From positions 8,230 to 72,229 of the forward strand of contig CAJWXK010000001.1 of assembly GCA_913048995.1 (NCBI GenBank): a stretch of DNA of 64,000 nt. Direction: 5' to 3'. Source of the stretch: an uncultured Synechococcus sp. Its GTDB lineage: Bacteria > Cyanobacteriota > Cyanobacteriia > PCC-6307 > Cyanobiaceae. This document shows positions 30,653 to 39,691 of the stretch, piece after piece. Position 1 is the stretch's first letter. Each line of letters opens with the position of its first letter. The notes under the pieces were generated by a model. It had not been told where the DNA came from. It worked only from the letters and a program-made list of their open reading frames with translations, and did no database searches. The position numbers and the translations under genes were made by a program.

Positions 30653-33205
30653 ATGCGTCTTCGTCAACTCCATCTCTGGCATTACCGCCTGCATCAAGAA
30701 CTTGCACTGGAGTTCGCTCCTGGTCTGACAGTCCTGCAGGGCCGTAATGAAAGTGGAAAGAGCACCGTTGCTGAGGCCATTCACCGTGCACTATTTGTGC
30801 CTGCCCGTAGCGGTGGTGCCGTCATCGAGAGCATGCGCTCTAGGCCAGCAAAAGCTGACCCCCAATTGGAGCTTCAATTCAACGCGGATGGTGCTGAGCA
30901 TGTGCTCTGCAAACGCTTTGCCGGTCAGCGCGGGACGGTCAGTCTGCGGACAGATCTCGGCATGTTGTTGCAGTCTGATGCTGCGGAGCAGGCACTATCT
31001 GAGCTAGTCGGTTCCACCGCTGTTCGGGGCGGGAATGCTGCCCGTCTTAGAGAGCGCTGGGGCCATCTCTGGGTATGGCAGGGTCGTGCGGGTGATGATC
31101 CTTTTGGCTTATCAGCTGAAGCATTAGATCAAAGTCGCTTGCTGCAGCAACTCCAGGCCAGTAATCATTCCACCGTGCAGTCGCCCTTAGATCAACAGGT
31201 GATGGCGTCTGTGCGCCAGCGATGGTTGGCAACACACACCGAGACAGGACGGAAAGTCAGGGCCGGGTCAGATCTTGATCGAGCCCTCAAGGCAGCAACC
31301 CTGGCAAAAACCAATGCTGAGCTGATTCAGGGATGCCATGCCTCCCGCCAAGAGGCTCTCAATGACCATGAATCAGCGCGTCAACAGCTGATTGTCATTG
31401 ATCAGCAGCTGCCACTTTTGCAGCGCTGGGACACTTTAAATTTGCAGCATCAAAAACTTACTGAAGAGATCACTGCGCTGCGTCCGCAGTGGCAACAGGG
31501 GCAGCATGAACTTCAGCGGCGTGTTCTGCTTCAGCACAGAATGAAGCCACTTCTAGAACAACGCGAAACGCTCCGTGCTCGTTTGCCCCAGCAGGAAACC
31601 CACTGGACTCGATGCGATCGGCAATTGCAAGACGCTCTACGTCAGGCAGAACTCTTGCAGCAATTGATCCGTCGTGTGGCGTTGTCAGCTCAGTTGCATC
31701 AACTCGATGACTTTGAGGCTCAACTGCTCAAAGTCGATGAGCAGCTCAAGTTGTTGCCTTCCCTTGATCGAACAGCCGTTGACGAGCTTCGACAGCTGGA
31801 GCGCGAAGAACAGTCCGCTGCCATCACTCTGGCTTCGTTGGTGACCACCCTCGAGGTCTTGCGCGATGGCGGCGGGCTGTGGATTGAGGGTGAGCAGTTA
31901 GAGGAATCCAAGCCTCTGCGGCTGGAACATCCCGTTCAACTCAGCAACGAGGATGGATCGATTGCTCTGAAAATCACCCCAGGTGGTGGTGAAGGTGTGC
32001 ACGCCGCGCGCAGCAGATTAGAAGCCAGCCGTGAGTCACTGATCAGGGCTCTGGATCGTTTGGGTGTCCGTGACTTGGCCCACGCCATTAATGCTGAGCG
32101 CGAGCGTAGTCAGCTTTTGACGGAACATCGTCACCTTGCCCAACAGTTAAGCCAATTCAATCGTCATGCTCTGACTTCACAACTGCGGGCTCTGCCAGAA
32201 CTTCCAGAGGATGAAGAACATGACGCAGAGTCCTTACGGGCGCGCCTGGATTCCCTTGTACCTGTCGGTCGCGAGTTGCGTCAGCAGCTCAATGAGGCCG
32301 AGAGTTCTCTGCGCCAAACAAGGTCGGAACTGGAACGTCTTGAGCAGGAGCTTATGAACGATCGCAGTGCACTTGTGCAGGCCGACACCCTGCTTGAGGA
32401 TCTGCACCGACGCCACGGCGGCCTCGAGGGGTTGGGCGAGCGTATTGGTGCTTTGGAGCGAGAGCTTCAGCAGCTTGAAGTCCAGCGCGCTGAGCTCATC
32501 CCCCAAATGTCACGACTCAATCTGAGTGGGGAAAGAACACCATCGCTGTCTGCTTTGCAGCAACGCCGTGAACTCATGCTGCAACAGCTTGCGGCTAGTG
32601 GGGCACGGCTGGAAGTTGATGGTCAGGTGGATCTTGCTGCTCAGTTGGAGGAAGCTCTCTCTGAGGTGGAGTTCTGCGACAGTGAGGTCGTTCGGTTACG
32701 GCGCGATGCGCTAATGATCGCTCTACTGCAGCAACTGTTTGAAGAGCAGCAGTCTGCAATGGCCGAGCAATACACGGGTCCACTCGCCGATGCCTTGGAG
32801 GGCTACCTCAATCTCCTGGACCTGCAACATGAGCGTATTGGAATGCAGTTCGACAGTCGCAAGGGTTTCTCGGAACTGAGCTGGCAACGCAGCGGTGGTC
32901 TTGCTTGGTCTTTTGCTGATCTTTCCGGTGGTACTCGCGAGTTACTGGCCTGCGCGTTGCGTTTGGCGATTGCTGAAGTGCTTGCTCCTGCTTATGACGG
33001 CTGTCTGCCGGTCCTGTTTGATGATGCTTTTACTAATGTCGACCCAAGCCGTTGGTTAGGCCTCTCCGGGATGCTGCAGCGTGCTGTTGATCAGGGGCTT
33101 CAGGTGCTTTTTCTAAGCTGCGATCCCCAGCTGATTGATGCGCTGAACCCGGAGCACATTCACCAGCTTGGCTCGATCGGGAGCAGTGTTCCGTCTGCGC
33201 TGTAG
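30653..33205 (+). CDS. SbcC/YhaN-like SMC-family ATPase
   Basis: Walker A GRNESGKST, long coiled coil, LSGG, Walker B VLFDD. Confidence 0.88.
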   Translation: MRLRQLHLWHYRLHQELALEFAPGLTVLQGRNESGKSTVAEAIHRALFVPARSGGAVIESMRSRPAKADPQLELQFNADGAEHVLCKRFAGQRGTVSLRTDLGMLLQSDAAEQALSELVGSTAVRGGNAARLRERWGHLWVWQGRAGDDPFGLSAEALDQSRLLQQLQASNHSTVQSPLDQQVMASVRQRWLATHTETGRKVRAGSDLDRALKAATLAKTNAELIQGCHASRQEALNDHESARQQLIVIDQQLPLLQRWDTLNLQHQKLTEEITALRPQWQQGQHELQRRVLLQHRMKPLLEQRETLRARLPQQETHWTRCDRQLQDALRQAELLQQLIRRVALSAQLHQLDDFEAQLLKVDEQLKLLPSLDRTAVDELRQLEREEQSAAITLASLVTTLEVLRDGGGLWIEGEQLEESKPLRLEHPVQLSNEDGSIALKITPGGGEGVHAARSRLEASRESLIRALDRLGVRDLAHAINAERERSQLLTEHRHLAQQLSQFNRHALTSQLRALPELPEDEEHDAESLRARLDSLVPVGRELRQQLNEAESSLRQTRSELERLEQELMNDRSALVQADTLLEDLHRRHGGLEGLGERIGALERELQQLEVQRAELIPQMSRLNLSGERTPSLSALQQRRELMLQQLAASGARLEVDGQVDLAAQLEEALSEVEFCDSEVVRLRRDALMIALLQQLFEEQQSAMAEQYTGPLADALEGYLNLLDLQHERIGMQFDSRKGFSELSWQRSGGLAWSFADLSGGTRELLACALRLAIAEVLAPAYDGCLPVLFDDAFTNVDPSRWLGLSGMLQRAVDQGLQVLFLSCDPQLIDALNPEHIHQLGSIGSSVPSAL

Positions 33206-33768
33206 CGACGTACGACCTGATGAATACCAACATTGGGTTGATGCCAGCGCAGGCCGCAGACAGTACCGACGTTCGATCCTCTGGGTTGTGGGTCGACTAA
33301 AAGCTCTACATCACTGTCGAGTCGCCAGATTTGGTGTAAACCTCGCGATCCGATGCTCACCTCCAACGGCTCAGATGTTGGTATGGCGCCTTGAGCAACT
33401 CGTGACTCGCGAACGTAAACAATGGACTCAACCGTATTGGCACCATGACGAGCTATTAACCGACGTCGCTCCTGGCCAATAACCACGCACAGCTCGGCAA
33501 CCCATGGCAGTGGACCTACACGGGCAGGACCTAGGCTCCAGTCACCGGTTTCAGTGAGTTGCATCTCAACAGGTATCTCACGGAAAGACATGCTCTGGCA
33601 GCGGCCTGTATGCAAGTTGGTGAGTGAAGCCTGGATCACGCCAGCGCTATCGATCACATCAAGACTGGTTGAAAAGCGTTTTTGCTCCACCCCTTTGTGG
33701 TCCAAATGAACAAAACAGCCTCTCCAAGAGCCGCTGTTGAACTTCATCAAGGTTTGGCGATCGTTCAT
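33160..33768 (-). CDS. DUF3598-like beta-barrel protein
   Basis: NSGSWRGCF, RRRL, RRYSADG; ATGA overlap with upstream gene. Confidence 0.65.
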   Translation of the reverse strand: MNDRQTLMKFNSGSWRGCFVHLDHKGVEQKRFSTSLDVIDSAGVIQASLTNLHTGRCQSMSFREIPVEMQLTETGDWSLGPARVGPLPWVAELCVVIGQERRRLIARHGANTVESIVYVRESRVAQGAIPTSEPLEVSIGSRGLHQIWRLDSDVELLVDPQPRGSNVGTVCGLRWHQPNVGIHQVVRRYSADGTLLPIEPSW

Positions 33769-35078
33769 GCGTTGCGAGGTGGATGACGGTTACCGCGCGT
33801 CAGGCCCAGCTCCCAGATTGCAGCCTGTCGTAAGGCCAGAAGCAGCACAACAATCATGGCGATCAAGCCCAGTTGGATCATCAGTGATGATGCGGTCAGA
33901 GCCAAGGCGATCAAAGCCAGGGTGATCAAAACTGGTCCAAGCTGCCGGAATGATTGAAGTCGCCTTAGTGCCACCGAACAGCTGCGGCAGTACTTCGTAT
34001 GACTGTCATAACGATCCAGTAGTTGCTCGAGGCTGCGCTCTTTGGGAGGCAATGTGTCATTAGGGAAGGGAACTCCGCCGTGGCGGTTGATCCAGCCATG
34101 CAAAGCAAGTACATAACGGTCAGAGGTGGTCGGTAGTAGGCAACTTTTGGCGTAGTTGGCGCTACCTCCTCCCCTCTCTACATCACGTTCCTGGTAGTGA
34201 AGAAAGATTTGATCGTCTTCTAATACGCGGTGGTTTCCAATGTGCTGCAGCCACTGTGGTCGAAGCGTGAACAGCCGGGCTGTCAACTTCTGCTGAAACT
34301 GAAACGGGAAGCGTGCAAACAAGCGACACTGGCCTGGTTGTATCGGTGTCGCGTAGACCACGGTCAATATTCGTGCGAACCCCTGGGCGGTCAGGTCATG
34401 CCACATCAGCGCCGGCGCGATGAAAGTGGTGTGCTGAGTCCCGAGTCGCCCCTGGCGTGGACCTTCCTGCCAGATCCCAGTAAAACCGGTTGATCCTTCC
34501 TTGACCAACTCCAGTTCAACCGGCCCGGAATTACTTCGACGACCCACCGTTCCGTGGTGGGTGAAAGGGACATGGCTCACATCAAGAACATTCTCCAACA
34601 GCGTTACGGCGTCATAGGGGAGGTCGCGGAAGGTGTCCTGTACGACCCAGCCCGGCTCATCGAGTAATGGCACCAATGGCAGTGGACGAGTTGCAGCGAG
34701 CTCAGGTGTGCCACTGAAGACGAACAAAAGATCCTGAGCGCTGCGTGTGGCCAATGAATTACACCGTGCTGCCCTAGGTAGTGCGCTTCCTTTTGCTGCT
34801 TGAGGGATCAGGGTGCACTGGCCGTTGCCTTCAAAGCGCCAGCCGTGATAGGGGCATTCGAGATGACCGTCATCGCTGAGTCTTCCCTCGGACAGTGGAA
34901 CTAGTCGATGCGGACATTGATCAACAAAGGCACGCCAAAGATCCTGGTGGCGGTCAAACCAAATCACCAGTGGCTGACCGAGCAGCGTGAAACGCTGCGG
35001 CGCGTTCCGATCAAGATCCCGTAGAAAGGCCACCGGGTACCAGGCCTGGCTCCAAGCGTTAGACCAGCATTCGCTCAT
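33765..35078 (-). CDS. Rieske oxygenase, pheophorbide a oxygenase-like
   Basis: CPHR...CPYHGW Rieske, ENVLDVSHVPFTH mononuclear Fe site, C-terminal CRSC. Confidence 0.9.
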   Translation of the reverse strand: MSECWSNAWSQAWYPVAFLRDLDRNAPQRFTLLGQPLVIWFDRHQDLWRAFVDQCPHRLVPLSEGRLSDDGHLECPYHGWRFEGNGQCTLIPQAAKGSALPRAARCNSLATRSAQDLLFVFSGTPELAATRPLPLVPLLDEPGWVVQDTFRDLPYDAVTLLENVLDVSHVPFTHHGTVGRRSNSGPVELELVKEGSTGFTGIWQEGPRQGRLGTQHTTFIAPALMWHDLTAQGFARILTVVYATPIQPGQCRLFARFPFQFQQKLTARLFTLRPQWLQHIGNHRVLEDDQIFLHYQERDVERGGGSANYAKSCLLPTTSDRYVLALHGWINRHGGVPFPNDTLPPKERSLEQLLDRYDSHTKYCRSCSVALRRLQSFRQLGPVLITLALIALALTASSLMIQLGLIAMIVVLLLALRQAAIWELGLTRGNRHPPRNA

Positions 35079-35614
35079 GCATGAACGTTAGGAAGTAGCT
35101 CCTCGCAACTGAGGTCATCGCGGCGCAGCAAGACGAACAAAGTGCCGTTATTACCGCGGCAAACCCGTAGCTGCTCGTTCAACACTGTGATGTCGAGCCA
35201 AGCCGGGAAGTCCTGATTGATCGCTGTGAGCAAACGTCCCTGAATCGAACCCAATCGCGGCCCGATCAGTCCGCCCTGCCGAAAACGAACCCCCACCCTC
35301 TGTGGTGGTTCCAGTGTCAGCTCAGCCATAACGGCCACGCCGATTAGTGGAGCTATTACGCCGTTGAGGCGCAGCAGATTCATGCCCCTGCCACAGCTGG
35401 GCTGCAAGACCTGAAGGTTCTGCAGCCAGGGCTGCACCTGGAGGTATGGCTGACTACTGCTACTCCAGCGGAGCTCCCAGACGGCTTCCAGTTGATGCCG
35501 CTGTTTATTGAGATCACAAGGATGGTTTCGCTCGAGCGCACTGACCAGCTCATTGATGCGGCTGGCTTGTGGTCGTCGCTGTTCGAGTTCCTGCAGCAGC
35601 GCACCACAATTCAT
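35075..35614 (-). CDS. PAP/fibrillin family protein
   Basis: WELRWSS, WLDITVL, RVCRGNNGTLFVL. Confidence 0.85.
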   Translation of the reverse strand: MNCGALLQELEQRRPQASRINELVSALERNHPCDLNKQRHQLEAVWELRWSSSSQPYLQVQPWLQNLQVLQPSCGRGMNLLRLNGVIAPLIGVAVMAELTLEPPQRVGVRFRQGGLIGPRLGSIQGRLLTAINQDFPAWLDITVLNEQLRVCRGNNGTLFVLLRRDDLSCEELLPNVHA

Positions 35615-35871
35615 CAGTCTTCCGTCAGGAAATTCGCCTCCGATTCCAACGCATGAAGCTGCGCATCGAGGCGCTCTCCCTGTTCATGGCTCTTGCTTGT
35701 GGCCTCGGCAACCATGCGTTCCACCAGTTCCAGCTTTGCTGCCGGGTCACGGATTCCCTCTTGAACTGCCCGGTATTCAGCACGCTGGCGTGCTGTAGAG
35801 GCACTGAGGTGCAGAGCACTTGCCAGTCGCCCACAAGCCACCAGAAAGTCTCGATCGCGGATTCCTGCCAT
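35614..35871 (-). CDS. conserved hypothetical protein
   Basis: coupled to fibrillin start, helical, NFLTED end. Confidence 0.7.
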   Translation of the reverse strand: MAGIRDRDFLVACGRLASALHLSASTARQRAEYRAVQEGIRDPAAKLELVERMVAEATSKSHEQGERLDAQLHALESEANFLTED

Positions 35872-35892
35872 CGCCTTCTCAGAATGACTCCA

Positions 35893-36723
35893 TCATCGCT
35901 GGAGCTGGTTGGCATAAGGTCCAACCCCATCGATGCAGCTGGCACCGCAGCGACAGCCAAGATCAATGGCCTGCTGGCGGCTCCAACCCCCTGCTAAGGC
36001 GGCGGTTACGCCACCTGCGAAGGAATCACCTGCTCCATAGGTATCGCCCAACGGTTTGCCCCTCTCGATGCTGCTGAATCGACCACCTGGTTGACTCCAT
36101 CCACCTTTGCTGCCTTCGGTGGCAATCCTCAGCCTTGGCTGAAGGCTCAACAGCCCCTCTGGCACCTGCTCTCCGGGGTCCAGAGCGCTGCCAATCAAAG
36201 CATCGAGTTGAACACCGGACTGCTCGAGGGTGCCAAGCCCAAGCCTTGGTGTGGCTGTCAGTACCGCGGCTCGACGAGCCAGACGGGTGCCTTCAGCGTC
36301 GGTAGCAGTCAGAAAAATCCCATCACAGTCCTCAAGCTCTTCCCAGGGAAGCGGATCTGCTGCAACAGGATTGAGACGCTTGCCCACCACGGTGATACTG
36401 CGCTCACCGTGGGAATCGACGTAGGTGATCGCCCGGCGGGTTGGTTGATCGCGCCAGATCACCTCAACCTGCAAGCCGAGTTCTTGCAATTGTTGGAAAG
36501 CTTTTTGGCCGAGGTCATCGCGACCAAGGGCTGTGAAGAATCGAGCTGAGCCTGCGAGCTTGGCAAGCTGCACGGCCGTCACGGCACCACCGCCAGCAGG
36601 CTCCGCGAACAGACCTTCCGCATGAAGGATTTCACCAGGACGCGGCAGATGAGGCACTCGCACAAACTCAACCCATTCGGTGTGGCCCACCACCGCAAGT
36701 TTCAGACCAGCTAGGTCATTCAT
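35893..36723 (-). CDS. PfkB family carbohydrate kinase
   Basis: AGGGAVTA, DTYGAGDSF. Confidence 0.9.
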   Translation of the reverse strand: MNDLAGLKLAVVGHTEWVEFVRVPHLPRPGEILHAEGLFAEPAGGGAVTAVQLAKLAGSARFFTALGRDDLGQKAFQQLQELGLQVEVIWRDQPTRRAITYVDSHGERSITVVGKRLNPVAADPLPWEELEDCDGIFLTATDAEGTRLARRAAVLTATPRLGLGTLEQSGVQLDALIGSALDPGEQVPEGLLSLQPRLRIATEGSKGGWSQPGGRFSSIERGKPLGDTYGAGDSFAGGVTAALAGGWSRQQAIDLGCRCGASCIDGVGPYANQLQR

Positions 36724-37148
36724 GCCACGAAGCGGCCGTACATCCAACGTACAAATTGGCCAAGCAAAGGAACAGGACCAAACGTGGGACCGACGAAATC
36801 AAAGTAATCACGATGATCGTTGATTAGTCCATCTTTGTTAAAGCGCAAACGGCTGGTACCTGGATAAACGAACTCCACATTTTTGATCTTGAGCCCCATC
36901 GTCCATTCAATGAAAGCCACATTTCCACTGATGGCGACATCAGCAGGCATTAGCATCACATCATCGCACCTGTTGATCAAATTCTCCTGGGCAGTGAGGT
37001 AAGCCTTGATGCCATGCTTTTCCTGGGTCGGATCGGTGAAGTGGACATCATCGCAATAGAACTCACGCCATTGCGCCTCGCTAGGAGCTGGGGCGCCGTA
37101 GGGCTTCGTGAACAGAGCCGCGAGGTCTTCTGCACTAGGGGCACTCAT
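36720..37148 (-). CDS. SnoaL/NTF2-like protein
   Basis: FYCDDVHFTDP, HRDYFD; ATGA overlap with pfkB-family gene. Confidence 0.85.
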   Translation of the reverse strand: MSAPSAEDLAALFTKPYGAPAPSEAQWREFYCDDVHFTDPTQEKHGIKAYLTAQENLINRCDDVMLMPADVAISGNVAFIEWTMGLKIKNVEFVYPGTSRLRFNKDGLINDHRDYFDFVGPTFGPVPLLGQFVRWMYGRFVA

Positions 37149-37207
37149 CGATTGGTTACAACTCGCCACACCTTTGCTGAATCGCATCGCTCCGCCAAGT
37201 GTGGGGA

Positions 37208-38086
37208 TTACGAATCCACAGTCGTGCGTTTCAAAAAACTCAGAGGTTCACTCATCGTTGCGGAGAACCCAAGCAGTCCCGGGTCTTTCCAGCTGTAAAG
37301 CAATTCACTTTGATCGTTGATCAAGAACGTGGCGCCGCGTTGGGTCATCCAGCGTTCATCTGGCACGTAGGTGCTCCAGTGACCAAGGACCTCGATCATG
37401 TTGCGCAGGCGGATGCTGGCAATCCAAAAAGGCAGTGCCTTTCCCCCCCCGTGATAACCGCGAAGAACTTCACGCAAGGTTCCGGGTGAGCCAATGCCGG
37501 CACACATGGCCAGGAGGTTTGGCCACGGTCCTCCAAAACCTTCAACACCGCTGTATAGACCCAGTTGCCGGTGTAGCAGAGCCTCGGGTTCCAGGCTCAA
37601 TCGCTCTGCGGGGAAGCCGGTGTATTGACAAAACCGTTCCCCACTCCCGCTATCACCGATGCCAACAGCGCGAACATCGATTCCTTGAATATGCAATTCG
37701 GACCAGTGATGCATTAATGCCTGGGCATATTCAACGCTGTCGAAATCACCAAGCTGGCTGAGCAGCACCACCAGTCGTTGTTGACCTTGCGCGAGGGGAT
37801 CAAGTTGTCCCAACCACTGTTCAAGCTCCGTCGGAATCGCGCTCCAGCAATCTTCCTGCTGTTGGGGACCTGCTTTGCTCAATCCTGTAATGCGATTGAA
37901 CAGGGCCCAGCCACCAAGGCTGATTGCAGCAGTCCAGACCAGAAAACTCAGAACACCAATCACAGTGGTATTTCCAGGGCTCAGCAGGCCAGCACGGGCG
38001 AGAACGCTATCGAACGCAACACCCCCTAGGCACCAGAGCAGAACCCAACTAAAGAGAAAACCGATCGCCTGCAGATTTCCGGTCAT
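37208..38086 (-). CDS. AhpC/TSA (peroxiredoxin-like) protein with N-terminal 2-TM segment
   Basis: QLGDFDSVEY, MCAGIGSPGTL, TQRGATF. Confidence 0.8.
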   Translation of the reverse strand: MTGNLQAIGFLFSWVLLWCLGGVAFDSVLARAGLLSPGNTTVIGVLSFLVWTAAISLGGWALFNRITGLSKAGPQQQEDCWSAIPTELEQWLGQLDPLAQGQQRLVVLLSQLGDFDSVEYAQALMHHWSELHIQGIDVRAVGIGDSGSGERFCQYTGFPAERLSLEPEALLHRQLGLYSGVEGFGGPWPNLLAMCAGIGSPGTLREVLRGYHGGGKALPFWIASIRLRNMIEVLGHWSTYVPDERWMTQRGATFLINDQSELLYSWKDPGLLGFSATMSEPLSFLKRTTVDS

Positions 38087-38136
38087 GGGTTAGCAGGCGG
38101 TGGTTGGCCATTCTGGTAGCTCCATGAGGTGATGGT

Positions 38137-38559
38137 GTGACTGATGATCCGATGGTTAGCCAGCTGATCGATCAACTTCAGCTTGAAAGGCATCCGGAGG
38201 GTGGATTCTTTCGCGAGTGCTATCGCTCAGAGCTGGTGGTCCAGCGCGCTGATGGACAACAGCGCTCAGCAGGGACGCTGATCGATTTTCTGCTGCCAGA
38301 TGGCGTGGAAAGTGCCTGGCACCGCGTCTTGGGTGCTGAAGAGATCTGGCATTACAGCGCTGGCTCTCCTCTGTTGCTGAAACGCCAGGACCCAGAAGGA
38401 ATCGTGGAAGAGCTGCGGCTTGGAGGCTTCCCCATGCCGACATGGCAGCGAGTGCCGCCGGGTTGGTGGCAGTCCGCCCGAAGTTTGGGCGCCTGGACTC
38501 TTGTGCAATGCACGGTGTCGCCGGGCTTCAGTTTTGAGGATTTCGAATTGCGTTGCTGA
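38137..38559 (+). CDS. cupin, DUF985 family
   Basis: HPEGGFFRE, SAWHR, EIWH, VSPGF.FEDF. Confidence 0.9.
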   Translation: MTDDPMVSQLIDQLQLERHPEGGFFRECYRSELVVQRADGQQRSAGTLIDFLLPDGVESAWHRVLGAEEIWHYSAGSPLLLKRQDPEGIVEELRLGGFPMPTWQRVPPGWWQSARSLGAWTLVQCTVSPGFSFEDFELRC

Positions 38560-38584
38560 GTGGTTAGTGTCTCGGCGTCCTGGA

Positions 38585-39247
38585 ATGGGTGCTATGGCCG
38601 TTGTCGTTCTCAGCGAGGATCAGCGCCGTAAGTGGGATAGTTCGGATGATGGGTTGTTCTATTCACAGCCACGCTTTGTCCACCACCTCGATGAGGCTTT
38701 CCGTCAAAGGCTCACCAGCCTGTACCGCGAGCGTATTCCTGATGGAGCTGCCGTACTCGATCTGATGAGTTCCTGGGTATCCCATCTGCCCGATGATGTG
38801 CGTTATGGGAGTGTGATCGGACATGGTCTTAATGAACAAGAACTCCAGCGCAACCCAAGGCTGGATCGCTACTGGGTGCAGAACCTGAATAAAGATCAGT
38901 TACTTCCTCTTGATGATGCCAGCATTGATGTGAGTTTGATTGTGGCTGGGTGGCAGTACTTACAACAACCGGAGGCGATTGCGGCCGAACTCCTCCGTAT
39001 TACAAGGCCAGGTGGACAGGTCTTAGTCTCATTTTCCAATCGTATGTTTTTCACCAAAGCTCCGCAGATCTGGGCGGATGGCTCAGATCAAGATCATCTC
39101 GAGTATGTGGCATCGGTCTTGCTTGCCCAGGGATGGTGTCAGCCTGAGGTGATTGCTGAGCAAACTCGCAATGCTGGTATTGCAGGCTATTTTGGCGGCA
39201 AAGGGGATCCTTTCTTCTCAGTGATTGCCCACAAAAATCGACTCTAG
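38585..39247 (+). CDS. class I SAM-dependent methyltransferase-like protein
   Basis: FYSQPRFVHHLD, LDLMSSWVSH, SFSNRMF; start 38585 or 38594. Confidence 0.85.
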   Translation: MGAMAVVVLSEDQRRKWDSSDDGLFYSQPRFVHHLDEAFRQRLTSLYRERIPDGAAVLDLMSSWVSHLPDDVRYGSVIGHGLNEQELQRNPRLDRYWVQNLNKDQLLPLDDASIDVSLIVAGWQYLQQPEAIAAELLRITRPGGQVLVSFSNRMFFTKAPQIWADGSDQDHLEYVASVLLAQGWCQPEVIAEQTRNAGIAGYFGGKGDPFFSVIAHKNRL

Positions 39248-39513
39248 ACTTAATCACTGAATGTGCCAGAGCGAATGAAACTGGGCTAGATATCTGACAA
39301 TTGAGTACAAAAGAAAATTCTTGACTCTTGGTAAAAGTTTATCAACTCTTGTTTTTGGGGCCATCGATCGACAGTTGGTTTTAGTTTATATCCATGTTTC
39401 TTAGGTCTTGAGCCGGATCTGCTGCTCATTATGGTTATGACGTATGAATAAGCCATAGCAAACCTTTATTCCGGCCATGACTTCATCAAGTCAATGAAAG
39501 CTTTGAGCTGCAG

Positions 39514-39603
39514 TCAGGGCAGAGCTTGATCAGCCCAGATGAAGAGACCAGCAAGGCCCAGGAAGCAGCTCATGCCAAGGAGCATGTCATTGATCGAGTC
39601 CAT
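39514..39603 (-). CDS. possible 29-aa membrane peptide
   Basis: MDSINDMLLGMSCFLGLAGLFIWADQALP read by hand; below ORF-track cutoff. Confidence 0.3.
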   Translation of the reverse strand: MDSINDMLLGMSCFLGLAGLFIWADQALP

Positions 39604-39691
39604 GACTGATCTTCGCCTGATCATCAACATTACGGCCCAGCGGTTGGCGGCCCCTGGGTCGTAGCTTGAAGCTCCTCAACCGGTTCAAACC

